Counted from the stretch's first letter, positions 30,617 through 40,778 are shown. The stretch is 64,000 nucleotides of DNA from an uncultured delta proteobacterium (GCA_963826785.1 CAWGYD010000008.1:352001-416000); one strand, 5' to 3'. Notes: generated by a model not told the origin, from the letters alone. Numbers and translations are program-made.

Positions 30617-30622
30617 GCGGAA

Positions 30623-32071
30623 ATGGAAATATTTAACTGGGCAACCATTACCCTGAGCGTTTTCCTGGCGGTCATCGCTTCGGGCCACGCCCTCTTCCAT
30701 AAACGCACCCCGCCGTCGGCCCTGGGATGGGTGGCGGTCTGCCTGATGTTCCCCTTTTTCGGAGCGGTTCTCTACTATCTGTTCGGCATCAACCGGGTGG
30801 AAACCCGCGCGCGCAAACTGGAAGACAAGCGCCCCGAACATTCGGGCCAGGCCCAGTACCAGCGCGCCGCGGATATCGCTTCCATCAAGCCGCCGGACAT
30901 CGGGCTGGCCCGTGCCTATGCACAGATCGCCCGGATATCGGATGTCGTCACCCACCAGAGCCTGGTGAGCGGAAACCGGGTCGATCCCTTCCACAGCGGG
31001 GAGGAAGCGTATCCGGCCATGCTCGAATCCATTGCCAGTGCCCGGGATAAAATCTATCTGATCACCTATATTTTCGATCTGGACAAGACCGGCCGGCAGT
31101 TCATCGATGCACTGGCCCGGGCGGTGCAGCGGGGGGTGGATGTCCGGGTGATCATCGACGGGGTGGGCGAACTCATGTCGCTTCCCTGGTTTGGATTCCG
31201 GGCCGGGCGGCAGCTGAAGCAAAAAGGGATCCGGCTCGCCCGTTTTCTGCGGCCCAGGCTGATCCCGCCGGCCATACACATCAACCTGCGCAATCACCGA
31301 AAACTCCTGATCGCAGACGGCCGGGTCGGATATACCGGCGGAATGAACATCGGGGACCGGCATCTGGCGAAAAATACCAAAAATCCATCCCGGGTCATCG
31401 ATATGCATTTTCGCTTGACCGGACCCATTGTCATCCAGCTGGAGCAATCTTTCCTCGAGGACTGGGCGTTCTGCACCGGTGAGCAGGACCTGGCCAGCCC
31501 CTCTGCACCGGAAAAATGCGGCAATGCCGTGTGCAGGGCGATCAAGGACGGCCCCAATGAAGACGTCAACAAGCTCGCCACCATTTTAAACGGCGCCATC
31601 GCGTCTGCCCGCCGGCGCATCGATATCATGACGCCCTATTTCCTGCCCTCCACCGAGATGATGAGCGCCCTTCAGATTGCGGCCCTTCGCGGCATCGAAG
31701 TCAATATTGTCCTGCCCTCGAAAAACAACATGCCCTTCATCCAGTGGGCCAGTCACAACCTGTTTTCCGAACTGCTGTACTGGGGGGTCCGGATCTACTA
31801 TCAGCCGCCGCCCTTCGTGCATACCAAGCTGTTCGTGGTGGATGACCAATACGTGCAGATCGGCTCCGCCAACCTGGATGCGCGCAGCCTGAGGCTCAAT
31901 TTCGAGTTCTCGGTGGAAATCTACAACAGGGAGGCGGCAAACCGCCTTTCCGCCCATATTCACGAACGAATCTCGCAGTCGACGCAAATTACGCTTCAAA
32001 AAATTGAAAGCCGGCATATTCTCATCAAAACCAGAGATGCCCTGACCTGGCTTTTTTCACCCTATTTGTAG
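30623..32071 (+). CDS. cls: Cardiolipin synthase
   Basis: Two N-terminal TM segments; two HKD motifs (RNHRKLLIADG...GGMN and HTKLFVVD...GSAN.D.RS..LNFE). Confidence 0.93.
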   Translation: MEIFNWATITLSVFLAVIASGHALFHKRTPPSALGWVAVCLMFPFFGAVLYYLFGINRVETRARKLEDKRPEHSGQAQYQRAADIASIKPPDIGLARAYAQIARISDVVTHQSLVSGNRVDPFHSGEEAYPAMLESIASARDKIYLITYIFDLDKTGRQFIDALARAVQRGVDVRVIIDGVGELMSLPWFGFRAGRQLKQKGIRLARFLRPRLIPPAIHINLRNHRKLLIADGRVGYTGGMNIGDRHLAKNTKNPSRVIDMHFRLTGPIVIQLEQSFLEDWAFCTGEQDLASPSAPEKCGNAVCRAIKDGPNEDVNKLATILNGAIASARRRIDIMTPYFLPSTEMMSALQIAALRGIEVNIVLPSKNNMPFIQWASHNLFSELLYWGVRIYYQPPPFVHTKLFVVDDQYVQIGSANLDARSLRLNFEFSVEIYNREAANRLSAHIHERISQSTQITLQKIESRHILIKTRDALTWLFSPYL

Positions 32072-32089
32072 ACAAAAGGACCAGCGCAT

Positions 32090-32614
32090 ATGACCAAATA
32101 CAAAAAACCCGTTAAAACCGAGATCAACGTCTCCTCGGTGACCCGGGAACTTCTTGGCCTGGTCATGAAAATGCCCTTGAACGAGAAATGCAAACTGATG
32201 GGTGAGTTGAAAGCGCCGATCCGAAAGATCACCGAAGATGACGTGCATGCTTCTTCCGTCACCAAGATTTTGATCGAAACCATCATGGGTATGTCCCTGG
32301 ATGAACGCTGCCAGATACTGGGGGAACTAAAGGCCCTGACCGGTTCATCCAAGCGCAATTACAGCCGCAGGGAATATTCCGCCCATGTTCAATGCATGAT
32401 CTCGGGGAACCTGATCAAGGGGGACATCCGCAACATCAGCAAGGGCGGGGTTTTCGTCGACCTTGCGCCCATGGCCAGGCGCAGCTTTTACGTCGATGAC
32501 CCGGTGACCCTGATTTTCGAACACCCCGATACCGGACGCAATATCAAGGTGACCGGGATCATCGTCCGGATCAACCAAAAGGGATTTGCGGTCCGGCTTG
32601 ACGAACTTTTGTAG
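32090..32614 (+). CDS. PilZ-domain protein with duplicated N-terminal helical motif
   Basis: RxxxR (KRNYSR) and NxSxxG (NISKGG) c-di-GMP motifs; C-terminal G.IVR...GFAV. Confidence 0.85.
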   Translation: MTKYKKPVKTEINVSSVTRELLGLVMKMPLNEKCKLMGELKAPIRKITEDDVHASSVTKILIETIMGMSLDERCQILGELKALTGSSKRNYSRREYSAHVQCMISGNLIKGDIRNISKGGVFVDLAPMARRSFYVDDPVTLIFEHPDTGRNIKVTGIIVRINQKGFAVRLDELL

Positions 32615-32660
32615 CAAAGCGGCTTTTTACAAGGGCACCTGAACCGGGATGGGCGCAACA

Positions 32661-35600
32661 TTAGCCGGATGCAAGGGGAAACCAGGCCTGCACCCGGGTG
32701 CCATTCCCCGGATTGCCGGAGAAATGGATCTCTCCCCCGAAGGCATACGCCCGCTCCTTCATCCCCAGAATGCCGAATGAATTTTCCTTCTCCATCTGTT
32801 CATCCAGAAAACCCTTTCCGTTGTCTGCGACCTCCAGCATGATCCGCCCCCCTTTCCAGTGGAGGAGAACATCCACCCGAGACGCTTCCGCATGCCGCAC
32901 GGCGTTGGTGGCGGCTTCCTGAAAGACCCGGAAGATGGCGGTGGACAGGTCATCGCCGCAGTCGATGGTCTCCGGATCGATGGTGACATGAAAGTCGATG
33001 CCGGACCGTGTCTGAAGATCCTCCGCCTGCCAGCGGACCGCCTCGGCCAGCCCCAGGTCGTTCAACAGGGCCGGACGCAGCCGGGTAATGATCCGTTTGA
33101 CCGACTGGATGGCCTCATTGGCAAGCGAGGTCACCATTTCCGCTTTTGATTTCAGCACAGGCGCGTCCGAGAGCATTTTCTTTGACATCCATGCGGCTTC
33201 AAGCTTGATGGCGGTCAGGGCCTGCCCCAGCTCGTCATGGATTTCCCGGGCGATGCCTTTTCGCTCCTGTTCCCGGGCCGCCTGCAGGTGCCGGGACAGC
33301 TGCTGCATCCGTTCCTTGGCGGCCGTCAGTGCATCTTCCGCCGCGCGGAGCTTGGTGATGTCCCGGGCGAATACCGCCACCCGGGTAATATTTCCCGATG
33401 CATCCCGGATCGGGTGGATATGGGCATAAAACCACCGGCCTTCCTCGACATCGACCATGCTGACCGGTTCTCCGGATACAAAGACCTTCTCCAGTTGATG
33501 TTTGCGATCACGTGCGATTTGAGCTGAATACAGTTCCCAGACGCAGGCCCCGATCAATTCAGCTTTCGGCTTATCGAAGTGCGCTGCATAGGTGGCGTTC
33601 AAATCAAGGATTTTTCCATTACCGTCCAGCAGAACAATCCCGTCGGAGGCGGCGTCAAGCAGGGTCCTGGCCTTCTCCTCACTCGAGAGCAGGGCCGCTT
33701 CGGCCATTACCCGCAAGGTGATGTCTTCGGCCACGCACAATCCTCCGATCACCTGGTCCTTGCTGGAAACGATGGGAACAAAATCGGCTTTCAGATGCCG
33801 GGTCCGGCCGCCGGTAACCGATGTATATTCCCCCTCGTAACCGGCGTAAATTCCATTGAGACAGGATTTGATGGCTTGAAGCACCTGTAAATTCTCTATA
33901 CCGGAAAGCAGGTCAAACCCGGCGATCTGATGGGCGCCGGCCCCCATCATTTCCTGCGCTTTGGGATTGTTATCAGAGATGACGCCGTTGGTATCGAAAT
34001 AGAAAAACCCCACTGATGCTGAATTAAAAATGAGACGATACTTGAGTTCACTGTCTGCCAGTTCCCTTTGTATCCGTATCCGCTCCGTAATGTTCCGGCC
34101 GATCACCTGGATGTTGTCGACCCGGCCGTTTCTGATGATGGGAGTAACGCTCGCCTCGACATGAACGGTGCTGCCGTCCTTGGCCCGGATGACCAGGTGG
34201 CGGGACTTGATCCGTTCGCCCCCAACGACCTGTTCAAAGAGCTGCATGGCCTGGACCGATTCGGGTTCCTGGAAATACCGGTTGAAATGATTGCCGATGA
34301 CTTCCTTCACGCTGTATCCGAAAATGTGCTCCGAGGCGGAGGAGGCATAGGTGATTTTTCCACCCGTATCGATTTCATAGATGCCGTCCGAGCTGGTTTC
34401 GGCCAGCAGGCGGTACTTTTCCTCGCTCTCCCGGACCATTTGTTCCGCATTCACCCGCTCGGTAAGATCCGCATTCACGCCAATGCCGCCGGTCACCCTG
34501 CCCTGCGCATCCCGGACCGGCATAAAATCGACATTTAAAAACAGTTTCCGCTCGCCGGTGACTGACGTATACCATCCTTCGTAATGGCTCTTCTCTCCCT
34601 GCAGCGCGGCTTGAAGCTGTTTCAAAACCGCTGAATCGGAAAGATTTTCCAGCATGTTAATGCCGATGAGCTTCAAATGGGAAGACCCCATCATGCGGAC
34701 AAACTGATGATTGCATTCGGTAATGACGCCGTTTTGATCAAAATGGAAAATTCCCACCGGGGCCAGGTTGAAAATCAGCCGGTAGCGCTCCCGGCTTTCT
34801 TCCACCATTTTTTCCGCAATCCGGCGCGCCGTGATATCGCTCACAACTTTTACCACGCCCTTGAGCTTTCCCGCGGTGTCGTTCACCGGGAAGCTGCGGA
34901 CATACCACCACTTGCCTTCCGGGGTCTGTATTTCAGCTTCATCTGCGCTCCCGGACGCAAATGTAGCGAGCACCGGGCAATTCTCGCAGGGCTTTTCTTT
35001 GCCCATGTATTGAAAACAAGGGGTCCGGGATAATTCTTCGGCGGTCAACCCCGTCATGTCCAGGGCTCTGCGGTTCGACCAGACCAGATCGAGCTTCGGG
35101 CTGCCGAAATAGAATACCGAATCATGGAGGCTGTCTAAAATGATCGATTTTTCCTTTTCATTTTCCGCCAACACCCTTTCCGCCAGGCGCCGGTCATTGA
35201 TCATGAACCGCAGCACCAGGACAATTGAAAAAAACAGGCACAAAATGGCCCCGAATATGAAGCTGAAGTTGCGAACCGTTTGTTTCATAATGGTCGATTT
35301 TGACATGCCGGCAGGCAGTGCCACCGTTTCCAGCCCCACCACCCGATCGATGGGAAGATGAAAGGATGCGGTGTCGCCGTAGCGCGCAAGCAGTCCCGGC
35401 GGTGCATCCGCCGGGTCTCCATGACAGGCCAGGCAGCGCTGCTCCATGCGCATGGGCCTGAATCTGGCGAGATATTCGATTCCTGACAGGCTGATCTCAT
35501 CCGTCCATTCCCTGATCTCCGGATGGGCATTGAAAAAAGCGATCAAATTGATTTCCGACGCGCTGCCCCGGTTGGCGGGATTGCGGGGGTTGTCCGATGA

Positions 35601-35909
35601 AAATTTGACGACCAGATCCGGGAACCGGTTTCTGACCTTTTCGAAAATCAGGCGTGACACATAGCTCGATGACATGATTTCGGGGATGAATTCATCTTCA
35701 GGCAGATACCCCCCGACCATCGGCCGAAGAATCTGGGAAACGTATTCCCGAATGGAGAGCTCAAAATTCAATGCGATATCCAGCTGTTCTTGATGCAGAT
35801 GATCCACGCTGTCCTGAATCTGCCGATAGGCATAATAAAACTGGATGGACGAAAAGATCACCACCAGCATGCTGATGGTCAAAATGATTTTGAGTCGGAT
35901 TTTCTTCAT
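32661..35909 (-). CDS. Sensor kinase: periplasmic DUF3365 heme-c domain, about 5 PAS domains, HisKA_3/HATPase
   Basis: SDNPRNP.N and CLACH between two TM segments; repeated PAS/PAC ends (DIT, DLT, NIT); REQERKGIAREIHDELGQ, LRP, QEAATN, DNGKG, GILGM. Confidence 0.92.
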   Translation of the reverse strand: MKKIRLKIILTISMLVVIFSSIQFYYAYRQIQDSVDHLHQEQLDIALNFELSIREYVSQILRPMVGGYLPEDEFIPEIMSSSYVSRLIFEKVRNRFPDLVVKFSSDNPRNPANRGSASEINLIAFFNAHPEIREWTDEISLSGIEYLARFRPMRMEQRCLACHGDPADAPPGLLARYGDTASFHLPIDRVVGLETVALPAGMSKSTIMKQTVRNFSFIFGAILCLFFSIVLVLRFMINDRRLAERVLAENEKEKSIILDSLHDSVFYFGSPKLDLVWSNRRALDMTGLTAEELSRTPCFQYMGKEKPCENCPVLATFASGSADEAEIQTPEGKWWYVRSFPVNDTAGKLKGVVKVVSDITARRIAEKMVEESRERYRLIFNLAPVGIFHFDQNGVITECNHQFVRMMGSSHLKLIGINMLENLSDSAVLKQLQAALQGEKSHYEGWYTSVTGERKLFLNVDFMPVRDAQGRVTGGIGVNADLTERVNAEQMVRESEEKYRLLAETSSDGIYEIDTGGKITYASSASEHIFGYSVKEVIGNHFNRYFQEPESVQAMQLFEQVVGGERIKSRHLVIRAKDGSTVHVEASVTPIIRNGRVDNIQVIGRNITERIRIQRELADSELKYRLIFNSASVGFFYFDTNGVISDNNPKAQEMMGAGAHQIAGFDLLSGIENLQVLQAIKSCLNGIYAGYEGEYTSVTGGRTRHLKADFVPIVSSKDQVIGGLCVAEDITLRVMAEAALLSSEEKARTLLDAASDGIVLLDGNGKILDLNATYAAHFDKPKAELIGACVWELYSAQIARDRKHQLEKVFVSGEPVSMVDVEEGRWFYAHIHPIRDASGNITRVAVFARDITKLRAAEDALTAAKERMQQLSRHLQAAREQERKGIAREIHDELGQALTAIKLEAAWMSKKMLSDAPVLKSKAEMVTSLANEAIQSVKRIITRLRPALLNDLGLAEAVRWQAEDLQTRSGIDFHVTIDPETIDCGDDLSTAIFRVFQEAATNAVRHAEASRVDVLLHWKGGRIMLEVADNGKGFLDEQMEKENSFGILGMKERAYAFGGEIHFSGNPGNGTRVQAWFPLASG

Positions 35910-35936
35910 GAATGCATACCTTGATTCCAGAGGTGT

Positions 35937-36830
35937 TTACAGGCTCAGGGGAATGTCGAAAAAACGGATGGCATTTCCATGAAGGATGCGCCTGAGGTCA
36001 GCCTCCGGGAGCCCGGAATCGCCGATCTTTTTCAATTCCCGATCCCATGCATAGGGGATGTTGGGAAAATCCGAGCCGTACATGATCCGATCCATTCTCA
36101 TTTCCGAAAGCCTCATCGGCGGGTCCGCCGGGAGATAATCGGCAAGCGCCATGGCCGTGTCCAGGTAGAGATTGTCATAGGTTTGAATCAGCCGGTTATA
36201 AGCGTCAAGTTCGTCAAAACCCAGGTGCGGCACGCAGATATTGACACGGGGAAATTTTTTCAAAACCGCCTCGAGCTTGTCCGCATGGCAGATCAGGTAA
36301 GGATCGCATGGATAGGCCTCGCTTTTGGGCTCTCTTCCGGCGTGCATGACCAAAGGCTTATGGGCCGCCTGGCATACGCTCAGGATATCGGCCACCTCCG
36401 GGCTGCTTAATTCATAGCATTGTACATGGGCGTGAAGCTTGACGCCGGAAAGGCCCGCGTCAAATGCCTCGTTTAGAATATCCGCGCAATCCGGTTCACC
36501 CGGGAATACCGTGGCCATGCCGGTCACCCGGCCGGGGAACTGCCGGCAGATGCCGGCCATATAGGCATTCAACTGTCGGGCGATCCCGGGTTTGTGGGCA
36601 TACTGGAGCGCCACCACGTGGCGGATCCCCTTTGCGAACAGAAATGAGAGCAGATCGTAAGAATGCAGCCTGTACCGGATGGGCCAGCCGTATTCATCAA
36701 ACCACCGCCAGACGGCATCAAAAATCCCGTCCGGAAAGAGATGGACGTGGGCATCCACCACACCGGGCAGCCCTTCCGGCACCCGCTCGCCCTCAACATC
36801 ATTTATTTCTGGAAGATTGCTGTTCAGCAT
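35937..36830 (-). CDS. Amidohydrolase family 2 protein
   Basis: DAHVH, GVKLH, MHAG, PHLG, YLDT, YGSDFP. Confidence 0.9.
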   Translation of the reverse strand: MLNSNLPEINDVEGERVPEGLPGVVDAHVHLFPDGIFDAVWRWFDEYGWPIRYRLHSYDLLSFLFAKGIRHVVALQYAHKPGIARQLNAYMAGICRQFPGRVTGMATVFPGEPDCADILNEAFDAGLSGVKLHAHVQCYELSSPEVADILSVCQAAHKPLVMHAGREPKSEAYPCDPYLICHADKLEAVLKKFPRVNICVPHLGFDELDAYNRLIQTYDNLYLDTAMALADYLPADPPMRLSEMRMDRIMYGSDFPNIPYAWDRELKKIGDSGLPEADLRRILHGNAIRFFDIPLSL

Positions 36831-36891
36831 GAAAATTCGATAGCTTTCTGTTTGGGCATTTCAGTTATTTTTCAATTTTCAAAGCCGCCTG

Positions 36892-36943
36892 AAAAAAAAA
36901 GCAGGGGAAAGCCCGTTTTACAATGATGGTCTCCCCCTGCTTC
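36892..36943 (-). terminator. Intrinsic terminator after aor
   Basis: Minus strand AAGCAGGGG...CCCCTGC followed by T9. Confidence 0.65.
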
Positions 36944-36961
36944 TTCGTTTACAACTGCGCA

Positions 36962-38806
36962 TTATGAACGGGCGCGATACAGATCTTCCGCCAATTGTCC
37001 GAGCCCCAGTTCCATCAGTTTTGCCCGCTCGGGTTTTCCGGTCTCCCAGTCCCAGCTGCAGGTCGCGTAAAACTCTTTGAGCATCCGGTCCAGATCCGGT
37101 TCGATGCCCGCGGTGGCCCCCTCCTTCAGCGCCCGGCGGGCGATTCCCGGCACCTTGTCATCGGCCCGGGTGACCCCCAGCAGGTTATTGATGGCCCGCT
37201 TGAGATTCAGGGACCGCTCCCCGAAGGTGAGCAGGTCCATGGCCTTGTATTCGATTCCGGTGATGCAGGACAGGATTTTGGCGATCATGCCCGCCGGCAG
37301 GGGCGAGAATTCGCAGAGGGTGAAGCTGTTGTACAGTTCACAAAAGAAGAGGATTTTTGCGGTCATGGCCCCTTTCTGGGAAGGGTCGTTCTTGTCGGAG
37401 AAAGTGATGCCCACATCCAGGCCCACTTCGTTTCCGGGGGCATCCAGGCTGTAGAAGCTTCCTTTCAGGTGGCAGGCTCCCCGCGGCCCCACCGCGTAGG
37501 AGAGCGCCGACCCCTGGTAGGCCCGGGGGTCGTGCATGGGGATCTCCAGTCCCTTGACATGGGCGGCTTCCTCGGGGTCGACCCCAAGTTCCTCGGCCAT
37601 TTTCTTTACCCCCTTGGAAAGCAGAACCCCGATCCCTTCCTGCTTCACCATCAACTCCAGCAGCGGCAGCAGGACGTCTCCGTCTCCCCAGGAAATGGCC
37701 ATTCCCGCCTTCTCCTGCGTAAGCACCCCTTTTTCCTGGAGGTGCATGGCAAAGGCGATGGACACGCCTGCGGAGATGGTGTCCAGGCCGTGCTCATTGC
37801 AGAAATGGTTGGCCCGGACCACCGTGTCAAGATCGAAATTCATGCACAGCGGACCAAAGGCCGCCACGGTTTCGTATTCGGGGCCGTCCACCTGTTTGAT
37901 GTCGTCGGCAAAATCCTTGATGATGCGGCCGCACCCGATGGGGCATCCGGCGCAGGCGTAATTGGACATGACATATTTTTCCCGGAAGGCCGGGCCGTGA
38001 ACCTTGGCGGCGGGAAAGATCGATTTGGTGAAATACCGGGTGGGGACATCTCCCAGGCGCATGGCCAGATCCATGTAGAAATTGGTGCCGTAGAGCTTGT
38101 AGGCATTGGTGTTGGCGTTGGCCTTGATGCAGTCCCGGGCCTCTTCGATGATGCGCTTGAGCTGATCCTGATTGGCGATCGGGGTTTTTTGATTTCCGCT
38201 CACCGCCAGTGCCTTCAGGTTCTTGGCGCCCATGAGTGCTCCCAGGCCGCACCGGCCGGCGGCCCGGCCCTCATCATTCATGATGTTGGCAAAATGGATC
38301 TGGTTCTCCCCGGCCAGACCGATGCAGGCGATGGAAACCCGGCCCTCGAGTTCGTCCTTGATCAGGGACTGGGTCTTGTAGATATCCTTTCCCCACAGGT
38401 GGGCCGCATCCCTTAATTCGGCCGCACCGTCATGAACGTACAAATAGACCGGATTTTCTGCTTTTCCGGTGATCAGGATGCCGTCGTAACCGGTTGCTTT
38501 GAGCCGGACGGGAAACTTGCCGCCGGTGGTGGCCTCCCCCCACAGGCCAGTGGCCGGGGAAATGCCGCAGACAGCCGCCCGGCTGACCATGGGGACGTTG
38601 GAGCCGGTAAACGGACCGGTGGCAAAGACAATCGGATTTTCCGGGGCGAGCGGATCCATATCCGGCTTGACCGAATCATAGATCAATCGGGCGGCCAGGG
38701 TGGACCCGCCGATGTATTTCTGCTGATCCTCATTGCTGATGGGAACTTCCGAAATCTGCCCGGTGGACAAATCGACTTTGAGATATTTTCCGAAATATCC
38801 GTTCAT
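36962..38806 (-). CDS. aor: Aldehyde:ferredoxin oxidoreductase (tungsten-type)
   Basis: Start MNGYFGKYLKVDLS with GGAGG RBS; SPATG, AGRCGLGA.MG.KNLKA, CAGCPIGC, GPEYET, GLDTIS, KGLE.P.HDPR, RGACHL, LC.F. Confidence 0.95.
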   Translation of the reverse strand: MNGYFGKYLKVDLSTGQISEVPISNEDQQKYIGGSTLAARLIYDSVKPDMDPLAPENPIVFATGPFTGSNVPMVSRAAVCGISPATGLWGEATTGGKFPVRLKATGYDGILITGKAENPVYLYVHDGAAELRDAAHLWGKDIYKTQSLIKDELEGRVSIACIGLAGENQIHFANIMNDEGRAAGRCGLGALMGAKNLKALAVSGNQKTPIANQDQLKRIIEEARDCIKANANTNAYKLYGTNFYMDLAMRLGDVPTRYFTKSIFPAAKVHGPAFREKYVMSNYACAGCPIGCGRIIKDFADDIKQVDGPEYETVAAFGPLCMNFDLDTVVRANHFCNEHGLDTISAGVSIAFAMHLQEKGVLTQEKAGMAISWGDGDVLLPLLELMVKQEGIGVLLSKGVKKMAEELGVDPEEAAHVKGLEIPMHDPRAYQGSALSYAVGPRGACHLKGSFYSLDAPGNEVGLDVGITFSDKNDPSQKGAMTAKILFFCELYNSFTLCEFSPLPAGMIAKILSCITGIEYKAMDLLTFGERSLNLKRAINNLLGVTRADDKVPGIARRALKEGATAGIEPDLDRMLKEFYATCSWDWETGKPERAKLMELGLGQLAEDLYRARS

Positions 38807-38810
38807 GCGG

Positions 38811-40106
38811 CTACCTCCATGTTTCCGATTGCATATCGAGCAGGGTGCCTTCATATGCGTTTACAAAAACGTCTTTGATCTGCTCCCGGGTCAGATCGTA
38901 CCAGCCGAAATAAAACGAGGGATCCGTGGGGGTCTGGGCCAGGATCACCTCCATGTGCTTATCCAGATCCTCCCGGGCGATCCCTGCATCCTTTAACCCC
39001 ACCGGCAGATTGATCTCGAGCATGAAATTGCGGATCTTTTCCACCAGGCCGGCCAGGCGCGTTTCATTCGATGATGAATTTTCAACTCCCAGCGCGTCGC
39101 ACAGCGTCAGGTAGCGGTCGGTGGCCTTTGAATAGACCTGGAGTTCATAGGGGATAAACAGCATGACCATCACCCCGTGGTGGATATGAAACAGCCCGCC
39201 CACGGTGTGGCCGAGGGAATGGGAAATGCCCGATCCCGCATTGCACAGGGGGATGCCGCCCATCATGGCGGCCTGCTGCATTTTGATCCGGGGCATGAGG
39301 TCGTCGCCGTCTTTGCAGGCCCGGGGCAGCCATTCGAAAATCATCTGAATGGTTTTTATGGCGATGGCCTGGTTGAGCTCATCCGATTTGGGGGCCATGA
39401 ACCCGTCAATGGCATGGGCCAGGGCGTCACCGCCGGTCCCGGCGGTGAGTTCCGGGGGCATGCCGAGGGTGAAGGTGGGATCGAGCAGGGCGTAATCGGG
39501 CACGAACTCGGGAATGGCACCGGCCACAGGCAGCTTTACCCCGTCCGGAAAAGAGATGACCGCCACCCCTGATACTTCGGAGCCCGTTCCGCTGGTGGTG
39601 GGGACCGCCACCAGCTTTGCCTTGTGCCTCAGATTCAGCGGCACCAGCGGACTTAAAATCTCCAGCTTCACGTCCGGATGCTCATAGAGCAGCCAGGCGG
39701 CCTTGGCCGTGTCCATGGCCGACCCGCCGCCGATGGCAAAGATCAGGTCCGGTGCGAACCTGCGCATCTGGGCCGCACAATCCCGCACCGTATCGATGGG
39801 CGCGTCCGGTTTGGCCTTGGCCCACATGTCGAATGTGATGCCGTGCCGCTTCTCATAGGGCGCCCGGACCTTGGGGGCAAACCGCTGGGCATATTCGTCG
39901 GTGACGATAAATGCCTTCTTCTTCTTCGATTCCCGGGCGATCAGGTCCACCGAATCGGGCAGCAGCTGGGGCTTTTCCAGAAACAGGTTGAGCCCGGAAA
40001 AAATCCGCGGGGTGAAAAAGGGTTTGGAGACATCTTTTAAAAATTCCGCCTGGACCATGGGGCCGCCATAGGTCCTGAGCAGGTATTCATTTGTCCAGTA
40101 CGTCAT
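38811..40106 (-). CDS. Iron-containing alcohol dehydrogenase
   Basis: AAGGAGG RBS before ATG at 40106; GGGSAMDTAK, PTTSGTGSE, D..AH, HSLGH, HG metal ligands. Confidence 0.92.
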   Translation of the reverse strand: MTYWTNEYLLRTYGGPMVQAEFLKDVSKPFFTPRIFSGLNLFLEKPQLLPDSVDLIARESKKKKAFIVTDEYAQRFAPKVRAPYEKRHGITFDMWAKAKPDAPIDTVRDCAAQMRRFAPDLIFAIGGGSAMDTAKAAWLLYEHPDVKLEILSPLVPLNLRHKAKLVAVPTTSGTGSEVSGVAVISFPDGVKLPVAGAIPEFVPDYALLDPTFTLGMPPELTAGTGGDALAHAIDGFMAPKSDELNQAIAIKTIQMIFEWLPRACKDGDDLMPRIKMQQAAMMGGIPLCNAGSGISHSLGHTVGGLFHIHHGVMVMLFIPYELQVYSKATDRYLTLCDALGVENSSSNETRLAGLVEKIRNFMLEINLPVGLKDAGIAREDLDKHMEVILAQTPTDPSFYFGWYDLTREQIKDVFVNAYEGTLLDMQSETWR

Positions 40107-40192
40107 TTCGACCTCCTTGGGATGCTTGAATGCGGCGTGCGCGTCAACGGACACGTGCTCGTGAACGTTCACGAATTCTTTATTCAAATCAG

Positions 40193-40546
40193 TCAGGACA
40201 TGACGAATTTAATGGCCGCGCCAAACCAGGTAAACGAATGGAGTTTGCCTTCGATGGCCACCCGGTGATTGGAAATCGCCTGCATCACCCCTTCATCGCC
40301 CGACTTCATGGCATTGAAGGCAGTGCCTGCGTCAGCCCACACCATGGCGGCGTCGAACTGGTCCAGGACCTTGTCCGTGGAAAACTTCCCGTCTTTGAAG
40401 ATAAACCGTTTTCCCACCTTATTGTCATTGGTTTTAACGACCACGCTGCACTCGTGGCCCATCAGAAATTTCTTGAAATGCGGGTTGGTCCGGGCGGCTT
40501 TCCTGAATTTCGACGCAAGGATGTTCAGAAGCAAAAAGAATCTCAT
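40193..40546 (-). CDS. SCP2 sterol/lipid-binding-domain-like protein
   Basis: 117 aa with R.F.F.DGK, D...W.D...AF, A..N.RV.IEG pattern resembling SCP2; AAGGAG RBS. Confidence 0.65.
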   Translation of the reverse strand: MRFFLLLNILASKFRKAARTNPHFKKFLMGHECSVVVKTNDNKVGKRFIFKDGKFSTDKVLDQFDAAMVWADAGTAFNAMKSGDEGVMQAISNHRVAIEGKLHSFTWFGAAIKFVMS

Positions 40547-40614
40547 GGGGCACTCCTTCGAATCGGCTGGTTATCTGTCGATCTGTTCGCAATGAACAGA
40601 CGGAGCATAAATTT

Positions 40615-40643
40615 TTTATAGTAAGTACTCACTTAGATTGCAA
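40615..40643 (-). promoter_or_regulatory. Sigma-70-type promoter with a palindromic operator in its spacer
   Basis: Minus strand TTGCAA-17 nt-TATAAA; the spacer contains TAAGT-GAGT-ACTTA. Confidence 0.6.
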
Positions 40644-40778
40644 TCCACAAATTAACCTTAACGTGAAAATTTGTCATTTTCCGGCAACGGCGCTTCCGAT
40701 TTCGGGGTGATAGCATTGTGGCGTGTTCATCAAATGATTATGATTATGGGGTCACTTACTTTAAAAAGAGGCGGAGTA

